Below are positions 47,398 to 58,579 of a stretch of 64,000 bases of DNA, one piece after another. The notes beneath the pieces were generated by a model. The model did no database searches and had not been told where the DNA came from. It saw only the letters and a program-made list of their open reading frames with translations. The translations under genes and the position numbers were made by a program. Each line of letters begins with the position of its first letter. The first letter of the stretch is position 1. This DNA is from Candidatus Bathyarchaeota archaeon (GTDB lineage: Archaea > Thermoproteota > Bathyarchaeia > Bathyarchaeales > Bathycorpusculaceae): contig CAWFFH010000006.1 in the NCBI GenBank assembly GCA_963815095.1, positions 96,001 to 160,000 on the forward strand. Direction: 5' to 3'.

Positions 47398-47841
47398 GGC
47401 AGCAACCCAGTTTGCTTAGAAAGCTCCATTATTTCCTTCGCGGTCTTGTTTTTGAAATGAATTTTTATGCGGATTGGATCATTATGAGAAAACTTTAAAG
47501 TGTCCCAAAAATGCAGATTGTTTGTCAAACCTTAGGTATAGGTTTCCTTTTTCAAGGTGCAGTTTGATGTCGCGATCTAATTCTTCCTTATCCAAGGCGC
47601 CTAGGTCTTTGCCAAATTTTTCCAAAGTGTTTGGGAGCAGTTTTTTGTCGGTTAGTTTAGCGGTAAAAAGGATGATATGGTTTCCGTGGTGCCCTGTGCA
47701 ATTGGTTTTTTCAAAAACAAGAGTTTGTGCCAGTTCGGCTGGCAATAGGTTTTGTACGGCAGTTTGAACTTTGGTTGGGTCTTCTGTTGCATGGGCGAAG
47801 ACACGTATATCTATGTAAGCTATTGGCGGTTTAGTAGACAT
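47394..47841 (-). CDS. COG1325-type RNA-binding protein with one +1 frameshift near 47503
   Basis: HATED.KV, GHHGN, LYLRFDKQ. Removing one base gives ...LGTLKFSHNDPIRIKIHF...LLP*, whose stop overlaps the rnp3 ATG. Confidence 0.82.
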
Positions 47842-47874
47842 TGGGCACCGGGTTTGTGTTGTTTGTTTTGGCTT

Positions 47875-48075
47875 TTAGCTTTTTGGTTTAGCGTGGGCTT
47901 TGATACAATCCACGTTTTCTTTATGGGTGGATTTGCGTTTGATGTCGATGCGTATGCCCAATTGCCGAGCTTGCTGCGTGTTTACGCCTGCTTCTTTAAG
48001 TTCATTAGGGCTAAAGCCCTGACCGGGTTTATGTTTGCCGTTTTGTTTAGTTATTATAGCTTTCATATGATGCAT
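47875..48075 (-). CDS. rpl13e: Ribosomal protein L13e (short archaeal form)
   Basis: GQGFSPNELKEAG...ARQLGIRIDIKRKSTHKENV. Confidence 0.88.
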   Translation of the reverse strand: MHHMKAIITKQNGKHKPGQGFSPNELKEAGVNTQQARQLGIRIDIKRKSTHKENVDCIKAHAKPKS

Positions 48076-48684
48076 TTACTTTCCTCCCTTCTTCTGATGG
48101 TCACCGTGACGGCCAGTGTTGCCGAATTTGTGGCTTGGGCGCAGTTTTTCTGTGCCTCTGCCGCGGTGGTGGAGTCCTCGGACGTTTTTGCCTGCACTGG
48201 TCATGCTACGGAAGACTCTGCTGGTGTGTTGTGGTTCTGTTATCCAGCTGACATCTTTGTCAGTCTTTATGGTTGGAGCATTGGGGTCAAGGAGGATGAC
48301 TTCAAACCATTTGTGTTTTCCGTCTTCGCCTACCCAGTAGCTGTTCAAAACTTCCAGGTTAGGGAATTTTTTGGCGGTTCGCTCTTCAGCTATAAGTCGG
48401 ATGCTTTTTCCTGGTTTAAATTTGGCCACACCCATACGTTTGGGGCGTCGTCCTGATCGTGGACGTAGTTTTCTCAAATTGCCCCTTCGAACTTTTGTTC
48501 GGGCAACAACGAAGCCTTGTTTGGCTTTGTAGCCGAGTTTTCTTGCGCGGTCGAGTCTTGTAGGATGCTCGATGCGTAATGTAGTTGGTTGTTTACGCCA
48601 CTGCACTAAGCGTTGGCGCATAAGTTCTTCAACGAAGCTTTTTTCGGGCTGTGCCCATTCTTCTGCTATGTATTTATATGCCAT
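48076..48684 (-). CDS. rpl15e: Ribosomal protein L15e
   Basis: PTRLDRARKLGYKAKQG, NLEVLNSYWVGEDG...WFEVIL. Confidence 0.97.
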   Translation of the reverse strand: MAYKYIAEEWAQPEKSFVEELMRQRLVQWRKQPTTLRIEHPTRLDRARKLGYKAKQGFVVARTKVRRGNLRKLRPRSGRRPKRMGVAKFKPGKSIRLIAEERTAKKFPNLEVLNSYWVGEDGKHKWFEVILLDPNAPTIKTDKDVSWITEPQHTSRVFRSMTSAGKNVRGLHHRGRGTEKLRPSHKFGNTGRHGDHQKKGGK

Positions 48685-48717
48685 CTAAATTTTCTCCTAA
48701 ATGTATTGTTTGCTTAC

Positions 48718-48762
48718 GGTTCAGTCCCGAAGGACCACATCCCAACGGACTATGTTGTCCGC
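48718..48762 (-). promoter_or_regulatory. Structured 5' leader of the rpl15e operon: hairpin plus UUCG-capped kink-turn-like element
   Basis: GCGGAC-AACATA-GTCCGT then GGGATGTG-GTCC-TTCG-GGAC-TGAACC; TTTATC TATA-like box near 48795-48800. Confidence 0.65.
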
Positions 48763-49151
48763 CTGCAATTTCACATCATAGTGACCTTGAGTGAGATAAA
48801 CCTTTCCAGCGGAAACCAAGCTCCAAGGTTTATGGAGGTTGTTTTTGAAGAAAAGTATGGGTCTATGGAAATGAAATTTAGACCAATCTGGAAGCAACAA
48901 AAAACGTTTACAAAAGTTAATAATTATTGGGAAGCCGACGGAATAGTTGCAGATTTACAGATTGAGCGTCGAGAGGACGTTGAGCAGGTGGAAACTCTTA
49001 AGCTATTAAAGAATTTATATGAACAATATCAAAACTGTAAGTTCTGCAATTACCGCAACAGTAAGGATTCTATTTATTCGCTCTATTCTTTTAACCGTTT
49101 GTTCAATAGTACTTTCCATTCTTTCCCACCCCTTGACCTATTTTTTCTTCT

Positions 49152-49412
49152 TTAAAGAAAAGATATGATTATTAGAACAGCAAGAATAGCTACTCCGAGA
49201 CCTGCTGCGGCATAACTTAACAGTTCATTTCGTCTCATCGCTTTTTCTAATCGCAAAGTCATGTCGCCGCTATCATTCGTATTTGTTTGTAAAGCTACTT
49301 GATTTTGAAATGAGGATACTGGCGTTTGGGAGGAGTTTAAGGCGGCTCCACAATTGCTACAGTTTACTACATCCGCGGGAACCTTTGCACCACAGTTTGA
49401 ACAAGTTGGCAA
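49152..49412 (-). CDS. Zinc-ribbon protein with C-terminal TM anchor
   Basis: TTG start; PTCSNCGAKV...NCSNCGAAL; C-terminal hydrophobic helix. Confidence 0.75.
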   Translation of the reverse strand: MPTCSNCGAKVPADVVNCSNCGAALNSSQTPVSSFQNQVALQTNTNDSGDMTLRLEKAMRRNELLSYAAAGLGVAILAVLIIISFL

Positions 49413-49589
49413 TTCAGTTTTTCCCCGATATATTAGAATCACAGAAAGTATCTATAATTAAAACTTTCCATTAACAAAACAGCGGTAACCAAACTTTTTT
49501 GCGCTCCGCCGAATCTACCGCAAATAATAAATCATATGTCAAACAAGTTCCAACATCCTTATCCTCACTGAATCTACACGGAGAAAAAC

Positions 49590-50516
49590 ATGAGGCTACT
49601 GCTATCTAAAAAAATGGCAATCATTTTAGTTATTCTCTTAGCAGTACTGCTGAACTTCAGTATTTTTTGTTTCGCATATCCTCAAACATTTGCGCCTCAA
49701 ACAACTACCCTTGCACGAGATTTTTCAGCTTACTACACAGGGGAATGGCGATTGTTCCATAATCCAACCCAAATATATTCTGAAGGCGTTCAACCGGGCG
49801 ATTACCCGATTATTGGGCAGCCGCAACCTTTCAAATATACACCTTCCTTTCTGATACTTTTTGCGCCGTTCCTAACTTTAAACTACCAGAATGCGCTTAA
49901 CGCGTTTGACATTGTGCAATTTATTTCAATTCTTGCTTTGGCTTTCTTTGTCTACAAACTTGTCAAAGACAAAAACCTCTTTCTCGGCGTTGTAGTTGCA
50001 TTGATTGTTTTGGTTGAACCACTACTTTTTACGCCTTCAATAAAATATGATGTTGCTAATTTTCTTCATTACCGTATGTTAAGCCTTCATGTCCAGACGT
50101 TTTCGCCAAGTTATTATTCTGGATATCTTTTGGCAAATGCCCACATTCTTCAAAATGTCATTCTAGTAGGCGCATTGTATTTTGGGTTCGCTAAAAAGCC
50201 ATGGTTTTCAGCTTTGTTTTTTGCATTTGGTTTATTTGACCCCCGTATGGCACTTTTTGCATTGCCGCTTCTACTGTGGTATAATAGGCAATCGATATGG
50301 AAATTCATTGGGGGGTCCGCTGTTTTTCTTGCGGCTACCAATCTTCCGTTCTTCTTCTATTACAATATAGGCTATACATTTTTGCAGACTGAAACCAAGG
50401 CGTCAGTGGCCTCACAAATGTATCTGTACGATTGGATTCCACTTTATTCAATTGCGGCATTTATAATTCTTGAAATAATAACGGTTCTATACAATCGAAA
50501 AAGTAAATTTGGTTAA
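49590..50516 (+). CDS. GT-C glycosyltransferase, GT87/DUF2029-like
   Basis: RDFSAYY, FKYTPSFLILFAPF; multiple TM helices. Confidence 0.75.
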   Translation: MRLLLSKKMAIILVILLAVLLNFSIFCFAYPQTFAPQTTTLARDFSAYYTGEWRLFHNPTQIYSEGVQPGDYPIIGQPQPFKYTPSFLILFAPFLTLNYQNALNAFDIVQFISILALAFFVYKLVKDKNLFLGVVVALIVLVEPLLFTPSIKYDVANFLHYRMLSLHVQTFSPSYYSGYLLANAHILQNVILVGALYFGFAKKPWFSALFFAFGLFDPRMALFALPLLLWYNRQSIWKFIGGSAVFLAATNLPFFFYYNIGYTFLQTETKASVASQMYLYDWIPLYSIAAFIILEIITVLYNRKSKFG

Positions 50517-50517
50517 G

Positions 50518-51882
50518 TTATTCGGCGTTTCCTTGTTTGGATAACCAAACAATTTCATACCTGAAAGCCCACAATAGGACAGACAAAACAATAACGTAGC
50601 CCAAATATTGAAGAACCATAAGTGGACTGCCAACGGTTAATGGTGTTGGATTCAGAAAAGCATATCCATAGTTCACTTGTGGCTCCACTCTATATTGCAA
50701 GTAATCGTGTGTGGAAAGCTCATTTGTATAATACATGCTTGAAATCAAAGATGCAACAACCAGAATTATCGCCGCTGAAGCCGACAAATAAAACAGTATT
50801 TTTTTCGAATTCACCTTCTCTTTTGCTGAATTAACCATTAAAAAGCCCTTGGCTACGAGTGAAGCTGCTAACAAAACAAAGAAAGGCAAAGTTTGGTAGC
50901 AATATTTTATGGCGCTAAAATAAGGCACATTAAGTTTGAACCCTGCACCCAAAATAACGTTAACGCCTAAAATAAGAACTATTGATACTAAAAGTATCCC
51001 TTCAAAAACAACTTTTTTAGAAAAATATTTTTTAAGCGAGAAACCCAAAAGCAAGGAAAACGTGACTGCAACTAAAAAGTAGAGCCCTAACCCATAATTT
51101 AACAGAAAATTGGTAACAAAAAAAGGTGAAGTAACAACGCCTGTGCTTGCGGGAACCACATCTGTAAGGTCGTTGTGACGAAAAATGGTCAGTATTGAAA
51201 CACTACGAATAATTTGATACCACAAGAAAGCAAACATGAGCGACGGTATTGAAAATGCAGCTAATCGGGTTGGAATGTGATTTAATTTCGGTCGAGAATA
51301 AATGTAATACAAAAGTAATGGAATGAGCACGAACGCAGCATATAACTTTGTTAAAAGAGCAGCGGCAAAAACCACTCCCGTGACTAATGCGAATTTTCCT
51401 GAGCCGTTGCGGATGGCCAAAATACCGACATAAAGGCAAATAATACTAAAGAAAAGGCATTGTGCATCAAGCAGGAAGCTTCGGGAAAGTACAAGTTGCC
51501 ATGGGTTTAAACCAAAAAGTGCGGCTGCAAAAAACCCAGCTGACTTGCCATACAATTCTTTGGCAATCAAGTAAATTGCAACGGTGGATGCGAGCCCAAA
51601 AAGAGTCATTAAGGCTGTGCCGGTGTTGGCTGACATCCCGAAAATTTTCAAGAATAATGCTTCAATGTAGAATCCAAGCGGTGGCTGGTCTATTGCTGTG
51701 CCATAAGCTTTCACGTAAGGAATACCTGTTTTAACTACGTTTGATGCGGCTTCAAATTCTAATTGTGTGTCATAGCTCTGGTAGGGACCAATTGAGAAAG
51801 CGACTAATGCAACGCCCACTAGAATGATAAGAAGGGGGACGACTTCAATTACTAATTTTTTGATCCTAACTTTATTGAGCAA
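50518..51882 (-). CDS. GT-C glycosyltransferase, ArnT/PMT_2 (GT39/83)-like
   Basis: DQPPLGFY, GFFAAALF, LLTK; many TM helices. Confidence 0.8.
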   Translation of the reverse strand: MLNKVRIKKLVIEVVPLLIILVGVALVAFSIGPYQSYDTQLEFEAASNVVKTGIPYVKAYGTAIDQPPLGFYIEALFLKIFGMSANTGTALMTLFGLASTVAIYLIAKELYGKSAGFFAAALFGLNPWQLVLSRSFLLDAQCLFFSIICLYVGILAIRNGSGKFALVTGVVFAAALLTKLYAAFVLIPLLLYYIYSRPKLNHIPTRLAAFSIPSLMFAFLWYQIIRSVSILTIFRHNDLTDVVPASTGVVTSPFFVTNFLLNYGLGLYFLVAVTFSLLLGFSLKKYFSKKVVFEGILLVSIVLILGVNVILGAGFKLNVPYFSAIKYCYQTLPFFVLLAASLVAKGFLMVNSAKEKVNSKKILFYLSASAAIILVVASLISSMYYTNELSTHDYLQYRVEPQVNYGYAFLNPTPLTVGSPLMVLQYLGYVIVLSVLLWAFRYEIVWLSKQGNAE

Positions 51883-52025
51883 TTTACCCCACTTTTCCAG
51901 CCATAAATACGCTAACTTTACTTGCTATCTCCTTGGAAGATAACATAAAATTTGCGCATTTCCCCAAGCGGCCACCAAGCAAGATTAAAATAAGAACACT
52001 TCTCCCAACTATAGGGTGGTTAGCC

Positions 52026-53066
52026 ATGCCTTATAATGAACTCAGAAAAGATTACTTACTTAACCGATGGGTAGTAATTGCCACCGAACGCAGTCGCCGA
52101 CCCATCGACTTCGCTAAACCCAAACCTGAAGCCGCCAAAACCGCAACATGCCCCATGTGTGTTGGCAACGAAAACATGACACCACCAGCCTTAATGCTGT
52201 ACCTCAAAGAAAACGGAACAGTAAAGAAAAGCCAAGATCCGTTAATAGGTGAGCGACCCAAAAACTGGATTGTTCGCGTAATCCCAAACCTCTACCCAGC
52301 CTTCAGTCCACCTAAACAGCCTGAGGACGAAAAACAAATCACAAAAAACGATTATTTGTGGAATGCAATTGGTCATCACGAAGTTATTGTTGAATCTCCA
52401 AACCATGATGAAGACCTAGCCAACGCAGAGTTGCCCCAGTTGGAACTGGTCATAAACGCCTACGTTGAGCGGCTCAAAGAATTAAGCGCCAAACCGTATG
52501 TTAAGTACGTGTCGATTTTTCGCAATCATGGCTTGGAAGCTGGAGCATCTTTGTCTCATGCACACAGCCAAATCATTGCCTCTCCTATAGTTCCGCCAAT
52601 AATCCAAGAGGAACAGAAAGCCAGCAAAGAATTCTATGATGATTTTGGCAAATGTGTGTTCTGTGACATTATTGAGGGGGAATCAAAGGGTCCAAGGATG
52701 GTTTCTGAAGAGGGAGATTTTGTTGTTTTGGCCCCTTATGCAAGCATCAACCCGATGGAGTTCTGGATATTTCCCAAAAAGCATTCCCCAAACATCCTAA
52801 ACTTAACTACCTCTGAGATTAGTGCGTTTGCGAAAACTCTCAAAGACAGCCTCAAAGCTCTAAAAGATCTCGTCAACGACCCCCCATACAACTACGGCAT
52901 CCACCTATCCCTAAGCCCCCAAAACCAAGACAGCTACCACTGGCACCTGGAAGTTTACCCTAAACTTGCAACTTGGGCAGGCTTTGAGAAAAGCACAGGA
53001 TGCTACATCAATACAGTGACACCAGAAACCGCCGCCAACAGCTTAAGACTCACTATGAAACTTTAA
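52026..53066 (+). CDS. galT: Galactose-1-phosphate uridylyltransferase (GalT/HIT family)
   Basis: ELRKDY...RSRRP, CPMC, NLYPA, GASLSHAHSQ, YHWHLE. Confidence 0.92.
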   Translation: MPYNELRKDYLLNRWVVIATERSRRPIDFAKPKPEAAKTATCPMCVGNENMTPPALMLYLKENGTVKKSQDPLIGERPKNWIVRVIPNLYPAFSPPKQPEDEKQITKNDYLWNAIGHHEVIVESPNHDEDLANAELPQLELVINAYVERLKELSAKPYVKYVSIFRNHGLEAGASLSHAHSQIIASPIVPPIIQEEQKASKEFYDDFGKCVFCDIIEGESKGPRMVSEEGDFVVLAPYASINPMEFWIFPKKHSPNILNLTTSEISAFAKTLKDSLKALKDLVNDPPYNYGIHLSLSPQNQDSYHWHLEVYPKLATWAGFEKSTGCYINTVTPETAANSLRLTMKL

Positions 53067-55135
53067 ATTCCCAAAATTTCTTTTGAGTATTTCGATTTAA
53101 CCTGCAAGATATCTTCTACGTACGCTCTCAATGGTTCGGCTACGCTCCATGCTTGGGCTATACAACCACGGGGTTCATTCGGGGGGTCGCAATCGTAAAT
53201 TTCGTTCATTGTTCCTAAGCCGCCCTGGTGGATTCCAGTAGTGAATAAGGGCAGAACTAAATTTTCTAATGTTTGCTGCCTTGCCTGTATTGAGTAATCG
53301 TTGACTTTGAGGTATGCTGTCACGTAGGGACCTAAAAGCCAAGGCCAAATTGTGCCGTTATGATAAGCCATATCCCTGCTTCTACTGTCACCCATACATT
53401 TTCCAACAAACTTGGGGTCACTAACCGATAAAGTCTTCAATCCATAGGGCGTAACAAGCTCGCGGTTCACTACATCTATTACTTTTCGGCATTTTTCTCC
53501 CTCAAGAACAGGGTATTCGAGCGAGACAGCGAATATTTGGTTGGGACGAATAGATTCATCCGCTTTATCGTCAATAACGTCGAAGAGACAGTTTTCTTTT
53601 GGGTTCCAGAATTTTTGGTTGAAGCTTTGGCGGGCTTGGTTTGCCATGGCACCATATTTTTCAGCCAAAGTTTGAACATCAAATTTGTTTGCGAAGAGTT
53701 CCATGGTTCGGAGGGTGTTGTACCATAATGATTGGATTTCTACGGCTTTTCCTGTTCTGGGAGTAATTACGTCGTTTCCTACTTTGGCATCCATCCATGT
53801 GAGTCTTGGACCATGCATAAGTAAACCGTCATTGTCCACGTGGATGCCAAATAGGGTGCCTTTTTGGTGATTCTCAACTATATCCTGAAGTTTCTCCCAC
53901 AACGCCTCTTTAACAAACTCAAAGTCGCCAGTGTATTTGACGTATTGAAGCACAGCATTAACATACCATAAAGTGGCATCAACCGTATCATAAACTGGAA
54001 TTCCTGACTTATCGGAAATAAAATTAGGAATCAACCCACTTTTGCAATACTGTATATAGGTTTGCAGAATGTCTTTGGCAGCATCGCATTTTCCAGTTAC
54101 CAGCATTAGCCCCGGAAGTGAAATGAAAGTGTCTCTACCCCAAGTCTCAAACCAGTGATATCCAGCGATTACTGCTTTTCCGCCAGCACCATTTTCTACC
54201 ATGAAAGAGTCGGCAGCGAGCAAAATCCAGTTTAGCCAATCACTCGTAGGAACGTCAGGTTGGTCGCGGTGAAAATTTGAGAGCAACTCTTCTTTTTGAT
54301 TTAGCTCTTGGTTGAAAGAATTTTTTACTCCGCTAATTATTGTTCCAATCGAATTGGAAATCGCGTTGGCTTGTTGGGTTTCATGGCTTACGGCACATGT
54401 TATTGCAAATTCTTTCTCCATATTTGGGGGTATTTGGACTTCAAAGTATCCTGGTTGGAAACAATCATCTACGTTGGTTTCACCTCGCAGCGCCTCGTCG
54501 CGATAGTGAATGTGGTTTACCCAATTTACTGCTTCTTTGAATTCTCCGTCGGTTGAGCGGCAAATGATTGTGGCTTGTGGACGCTGAAAAACAACTTGGA
54601 ACTGAGCACCCGCGCTATTTAAGGTAAAATTCAAAGGTATTTGTGATTGGTAGATTACGGTGTGGTAGTATCTGCATGTTAGAAGCGGATAAAGTCGAGC
54701 CGTGGCGTCTGAATTGTTCTGGTTTGTTATCCTGTATTTTACTATGACAGCGTTCTTGTTTTTTTGCATAAAAATGGTTTTGTTAACCTGCACATTGCCC
54801 AAATCATAGTTGTAGTTGGGAAAGGGGTTTATTGAAAAATCCTTTATCAGTTTGTAACCTTCAGGATAAATAACGTCGTGGAACTCGTTAGCGCCTAAAC
54901 GAAAAACGCCATCGCCCACCAACATATCTTCGTCGAGTTTTGAGAGGCAAACCGTTCGGTTTCCCGGCGGATCCAACGCAGCAACAAGCAACCCATGATA
55001 CTTTCGTGTATTAATCCCGGGAACGCTTGAGGACGCGTAACTGCCCAAACCATTGGTTATCAGCCACTCCTTCTCAAGAAGATTGCTAAAACGAGAGAAG
55101 GCTTCTTTTTGAAAAGTTATGGCGGGCAAATTCAT
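53063..55135 (-). CDS. Glycogen debranching enzyme (amylo-alpha-1,6-glucosidase)
   Basis: EWLITNGLG, IAGYHWF..WGRDT, LTWMDA, YHNGTIWPW, QAWSVAE. Confidence 0.93.
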   Translation of the reverse strand: MNLPAITFQKEAFSRFSNLLEKEWLITNGLGSYASSSVPGINTRKYHGLLVAALDPPGNRTVCLSKLDEDMLVGDGVFRLGANEFHDVIYPEGYKLIKDFSINPFPNYNYDLGNVQVNKTIFMQKNKNAVIVKYRITNQNNSDATARLYPLLTCRYYHTVIYQSQIPLNFTLNSAGAQFQVVFQRPQATIICRSTDGEFKEAVNWVNHIHYRDEALRGETNVDDCFQPGYFEVQIPPNMEKEFAITCAVSHETQQANAISNSIGTIISGVKNSFNQELNQKEELLSNFHRDQPDVPTSDWLNWILLAADSFMVENGAGGKAVIAGYHWFETWGRDTFISLPGLMLVTGKCDAAKDILQTYIQYCKSGLIPNFISDKSGIPVYDTVDATLWYVNAVLQYVKYTGDFEFVKEALWEKLQDIVENHQKGTLFGIHVDNDGLLMHGPRLTWMDAKVGNDVITPRTGKAVEIQSLWYNTLRTMELFANKFDVQTLAEKYGAMANQARQSFNQKFWNPKENCLFDVIDDKADESIRPNQIFAVSLEYPVLEGEKCRKVIDVVNRELVTPYGLKTLSVSDPKFVGKCMGDSRSRDMAYHNGTIWPWLLGPYVTAYLKVNDYSIQARQQTLENLVLPLFTTGIHQGGLGTMNEIYDCDPPNEPRGCIAQAWSVAEPLRAYVEDILQVKSKYSKEILGI

Positions 55136-56016
55136 TACGGCATCAGCTTTGCTATGTTCTTATCGCGTGGAACACAGAAATAGTTTGCGACGGGCACACA
55201 TTTGGTGCGGAACATTAGCAAATGGGGCTTGGTTAGTTTGTATTCGGTAAGCGTTTCAGCGTATCCCATACCTTTGGCGAAGACGAGTTCTGCGTCATCG
55301 TAGACTTTTAGAAATTCAGCGGAGGCTTCCTTTTTCTGTAACCCCACCGCGTCACAGCCTGTAGTTATTACTTCGTCTGCAAGCTTGTCGATGTTCGAAA
55401 TCTCAACATCTTCCATGGTAGCATCGTTAATTACAGGTGCACCTTTAACGACATAGGTGACTTTTAACCCCATGTTTTTGAGTTGCTCAACCAACAGCGA
55501 ATCAAAAACGATTTCTCCGGCGTTATCCGCCAAAAATAGAACACTATTCGCTTTCTTGGCTAACTCATAAGCCTTGTCAATATCATCAATAGCCAAGTCT
55601 TTGGCAGCTTCTCTAATGGCGCCCGCCATATTTTTCAAAGTAAACTTGTGCCCAGGAATATCAAACTCCATAATGTTCCCCACAATGGCACATAAGCAGG
55701 CTTTTTTGAATCGTTCCTGTTGATTAATTCCTGATTCGACATATTTTTTTGCGTGAGGACGCATTTTGAGTGCTTTTTCGTTGGCGAGTTTTTTATTATA
55801 TTTGTAAGGGTCGCTGTTGCTTGTTAATTGGCGTATTATGCGGTCTCTCTTTGTCCCAATATCTGCTGCTACCGATGTAGACTTGAACTCTCGGTTGAGT
55901 AGTTTAACGATTTCAGCTAAGCATCTAAAACGCAATGCAGGGTTAGTTGTGGCTTGGTAAGTTTGTACTTGTGACCGTGAAAGCAGGCACGATTCACATT
56001 CAGGTTCAACCTTCAA
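55135..56016 (-). CDS. DUF89/ARMT1-like damage-control phosphatase
   Basis: CxxC, DPY, GNIMEF, DNAGE, NDAT, KGMG. Confidence 0.9.
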   Translation of the reverse strand: MKVEPECESCLLSRSQVQTYQATTNPALRFRCLAEIVKLLNREFKSTSVAADIGTKRDRIIRQLTSNSDPYKYNKKLANEKALKMRPHAKKYVESGINQQERFKKACLCAIVGNIMEFDIPGHKFTLKNMAGAIREAAKDLAIDDIDKAYELAKKANSVLFLADNAGEIVFDSLLVEQLKNMGLKVTYVVKGAPVINDATMEDVEISNIDKLADEVITTGCDAVGLQKKEASAEFLKVYDDAELVFAKGMGYAETLTEYKLTKPHLLMFRTKCVPVANYFCVPRDKNIAKLMP

Positions 56017-56030
56017 GGATTTTCACGTGC

Positions 56031-56747
<717 letters not shown>

Positions 56748-56788
56748 TTAATAATTGTTTGCCTTTCAAAAAAGAATTGGCAGGTGGA

Positions 56789-58483
56789 CTAAGAGGCTTT
56801 TTTGGCGACAGGTTTCACGTGTAGGGCAGCTTTTTTGGCTGCTTGTTCAGTTAACATACCAATTAACTGACCATTCTTTACCATGGCTGCTCGCTTGAAA
56901 TCTTTTTCACCCATAATTTTCATGGCAGTAATCATTGACTCGTTACCTTCCAAAATGATGAGAGGCGTGTAATCGATGTCTTTTGCAAGAGTCTTCAGCG
57001 GGTCTTTCCGTGCATCAACAATTTCTCTTAGTAGTTCTCGGTCGTTAATTACGCCGATGGGTTTGTGGTTTTCAGTAATCAAAACTGAAGTAACATTATT
57101 CTGCAGCATCTTACCCACGGTCTTAGCCACACTCTCAGTTGTTGCAATTTCCACTGTTGGAAGCTTTGTACCTGCTTGACTGCTAATTTCAGTTATGTCA
57201 ATGCCGCGTTTCCAGATATCATCTAGCATTTCGCTGACCCTTTCAATTTGGCTGGGGTCGCTGGAGTAGAAGGTGTCAGCTAAGTAGAAGGCAGATTCGG
57301 TGCCTAAATCGCTTAGAGGTGGCATCTTGAACATAAACAGGTGTTTATCGTCAACCAACATCATTGTTAGGTAGCTGATTGGGACGTGTTTGACTTCGTA
57401 GTCCTTTGCTAGTTTCTGTGCGGGTTCGAGGTTGTCTAAGTCGATGGATGCCATTATGCGGGTGTTTAAGCCTTTTTTAAAGTATTTTATGATGGGGTCG
57501 CCTTCGGCTAGTCGGTTAATGCCCTGTGAAGAAGTAATTACAATGATGTCTTTTTTGGCTGAATCAAGAATCTTGGAAATTTTGTTCCATGCTTCCTCGA
57601 CGCCTTTTATGACGAGGGTTTCGCCAATGGGGATTCCGCTCTTAAGTTCCTCGATTCGTCTTGAAGCGTCAACTCCGCTCTGCCACATCTGCACAAAAAA
57701 CGCTTTCAAAACGGAAATGAACATTTTGTCGTTTATCCATAAACCTTCATCCTCCAAGTTTAGAACTGACGCTTCGTTTCCGAAGGGCGCGTAGAGGATG
57801 GCTTCTTCTTCGTCTTTGATAAGGAAGCGGGGGAAAAACTTTGAGCTCATGTTAACGTGGCGAAGTTTAATGTTAAGTTTATCTTCAGCAATTTCTCGAT
57901 CGATTCTCTCTACAACTTTGAGGTTCTCTGAGGCAATCTCCGTTATAATTTGAGTCTGCACTTTACTATCTTCAGGTGGACTAAGGACCGCATCGAAGAT
58001 TCCTGCAACGTCTTCTTGAATTAATCCCAGAGCAGTCGTTAAAACGATAACTTCAGATTTTGATTCCTCAATCATGTTGATCATTTTTGAGTGAATCTTT
58101 TTCTTGCCTGTGATGATTGAGAATTTAGCAACAGGATATTCTGATTCGGGTGCGCTAATTGATCCCCATGCTGTTAAAAGGCTTTGTTTCTGGTCGTTGA
58201 GGGTAACAACCTCAGTTTTTTTGGTGTTAATGAAATTATCAACTAAGTTTTCAAAGGGAACAATTGTGAACCGGGTTGGACGCTCAAGGGTTGCTTCGAT
58301 AAAACCTTTTTCTTGCAGTTTCTTGAAGGTGCGGTAAGCTTGGACCCGTTCCATCTTTAGGCGTTTAGCTACGAAGCTGGTTGATTGGACGCCGCTTTTG
58401 GCAAGGAACATGTAAACTTGAATTTCTCTTTTTGATAAAAGTAACAGTTGCAAAAATTTAGTTACGTCTTTTTCACTCATCAA
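56789..58483 (-). CDS. TrmB-family regulator with duplicated effector domains and a C-terminal CBS pair
   Basis: TrmB HTH; two PLD-like effector domains (FLIKDEEE, MLVDDKH); CBS motifs (KPIGVINDREL, QLIGMLTE). Confidence 0.85.
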   Translation of the reverse strand: MMSEKDVTKFLQLLLLSKREIQVYMFLAKSGVQSTSFVAKRLKMERVQAYRTFKKLQEKGFIEATLERPTRFTIVPFENLVDNFINTKKTEVVTLNDQKQSLLTAWGSISAPESEYPVAKFSIITGKKKIHSKMINMIEESKSEVIVLTTALGLIQEDVAGIFDAVLSPPEDSKVQTQIITEIASENLKVVERIDREIAEDKLNIKLRHVNMSSKFFPRFLIKDEEEAILYAPFGNEASVLNLEDEGLWINDKMFISVLKAFFVQMWQSGVDASRRIEELKSGIPIGETLVIKGVEEAWNKISKILDSAKKDIIVITSSQGINRLAEGDPIIKYFKKGLNTRIMASIDLDNLEPAQKLAKDYEVKHVPISYLTMMLVDDKHLFMFKMPPLSDLGTESAFYLADTFYSSDPSQIERVSEMLDDIWKRGIDITEISSQAGTKLPTVEIATTESVAKTVGKMLQNNVTSVLITENHKPIGVINDRELLREIVDARKDPLKTLAKDIDYTPLIILEGNESMITAMKIMGEKDFKRAAMVKNGQLIGMLTEQAAKKAALHVKPVAKKAS

Positions 58484-58579
58484 GTTACCGCCATATAAAA
58501 CCCGTGTTTACTAGTACGGATGGTAGACCATATTTATAAATTGCATCTTTTTGGACACTACAAAACACAATGTTTAACA

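Noticed and set aside
48613-49155. 180-aa + strand ORF
   Set aside because: Its 5' half is antisense to rpl15e and its leader. The 3' part (from about 48866, one CxxC) could be a small or decayed gene, but I cannot support it.
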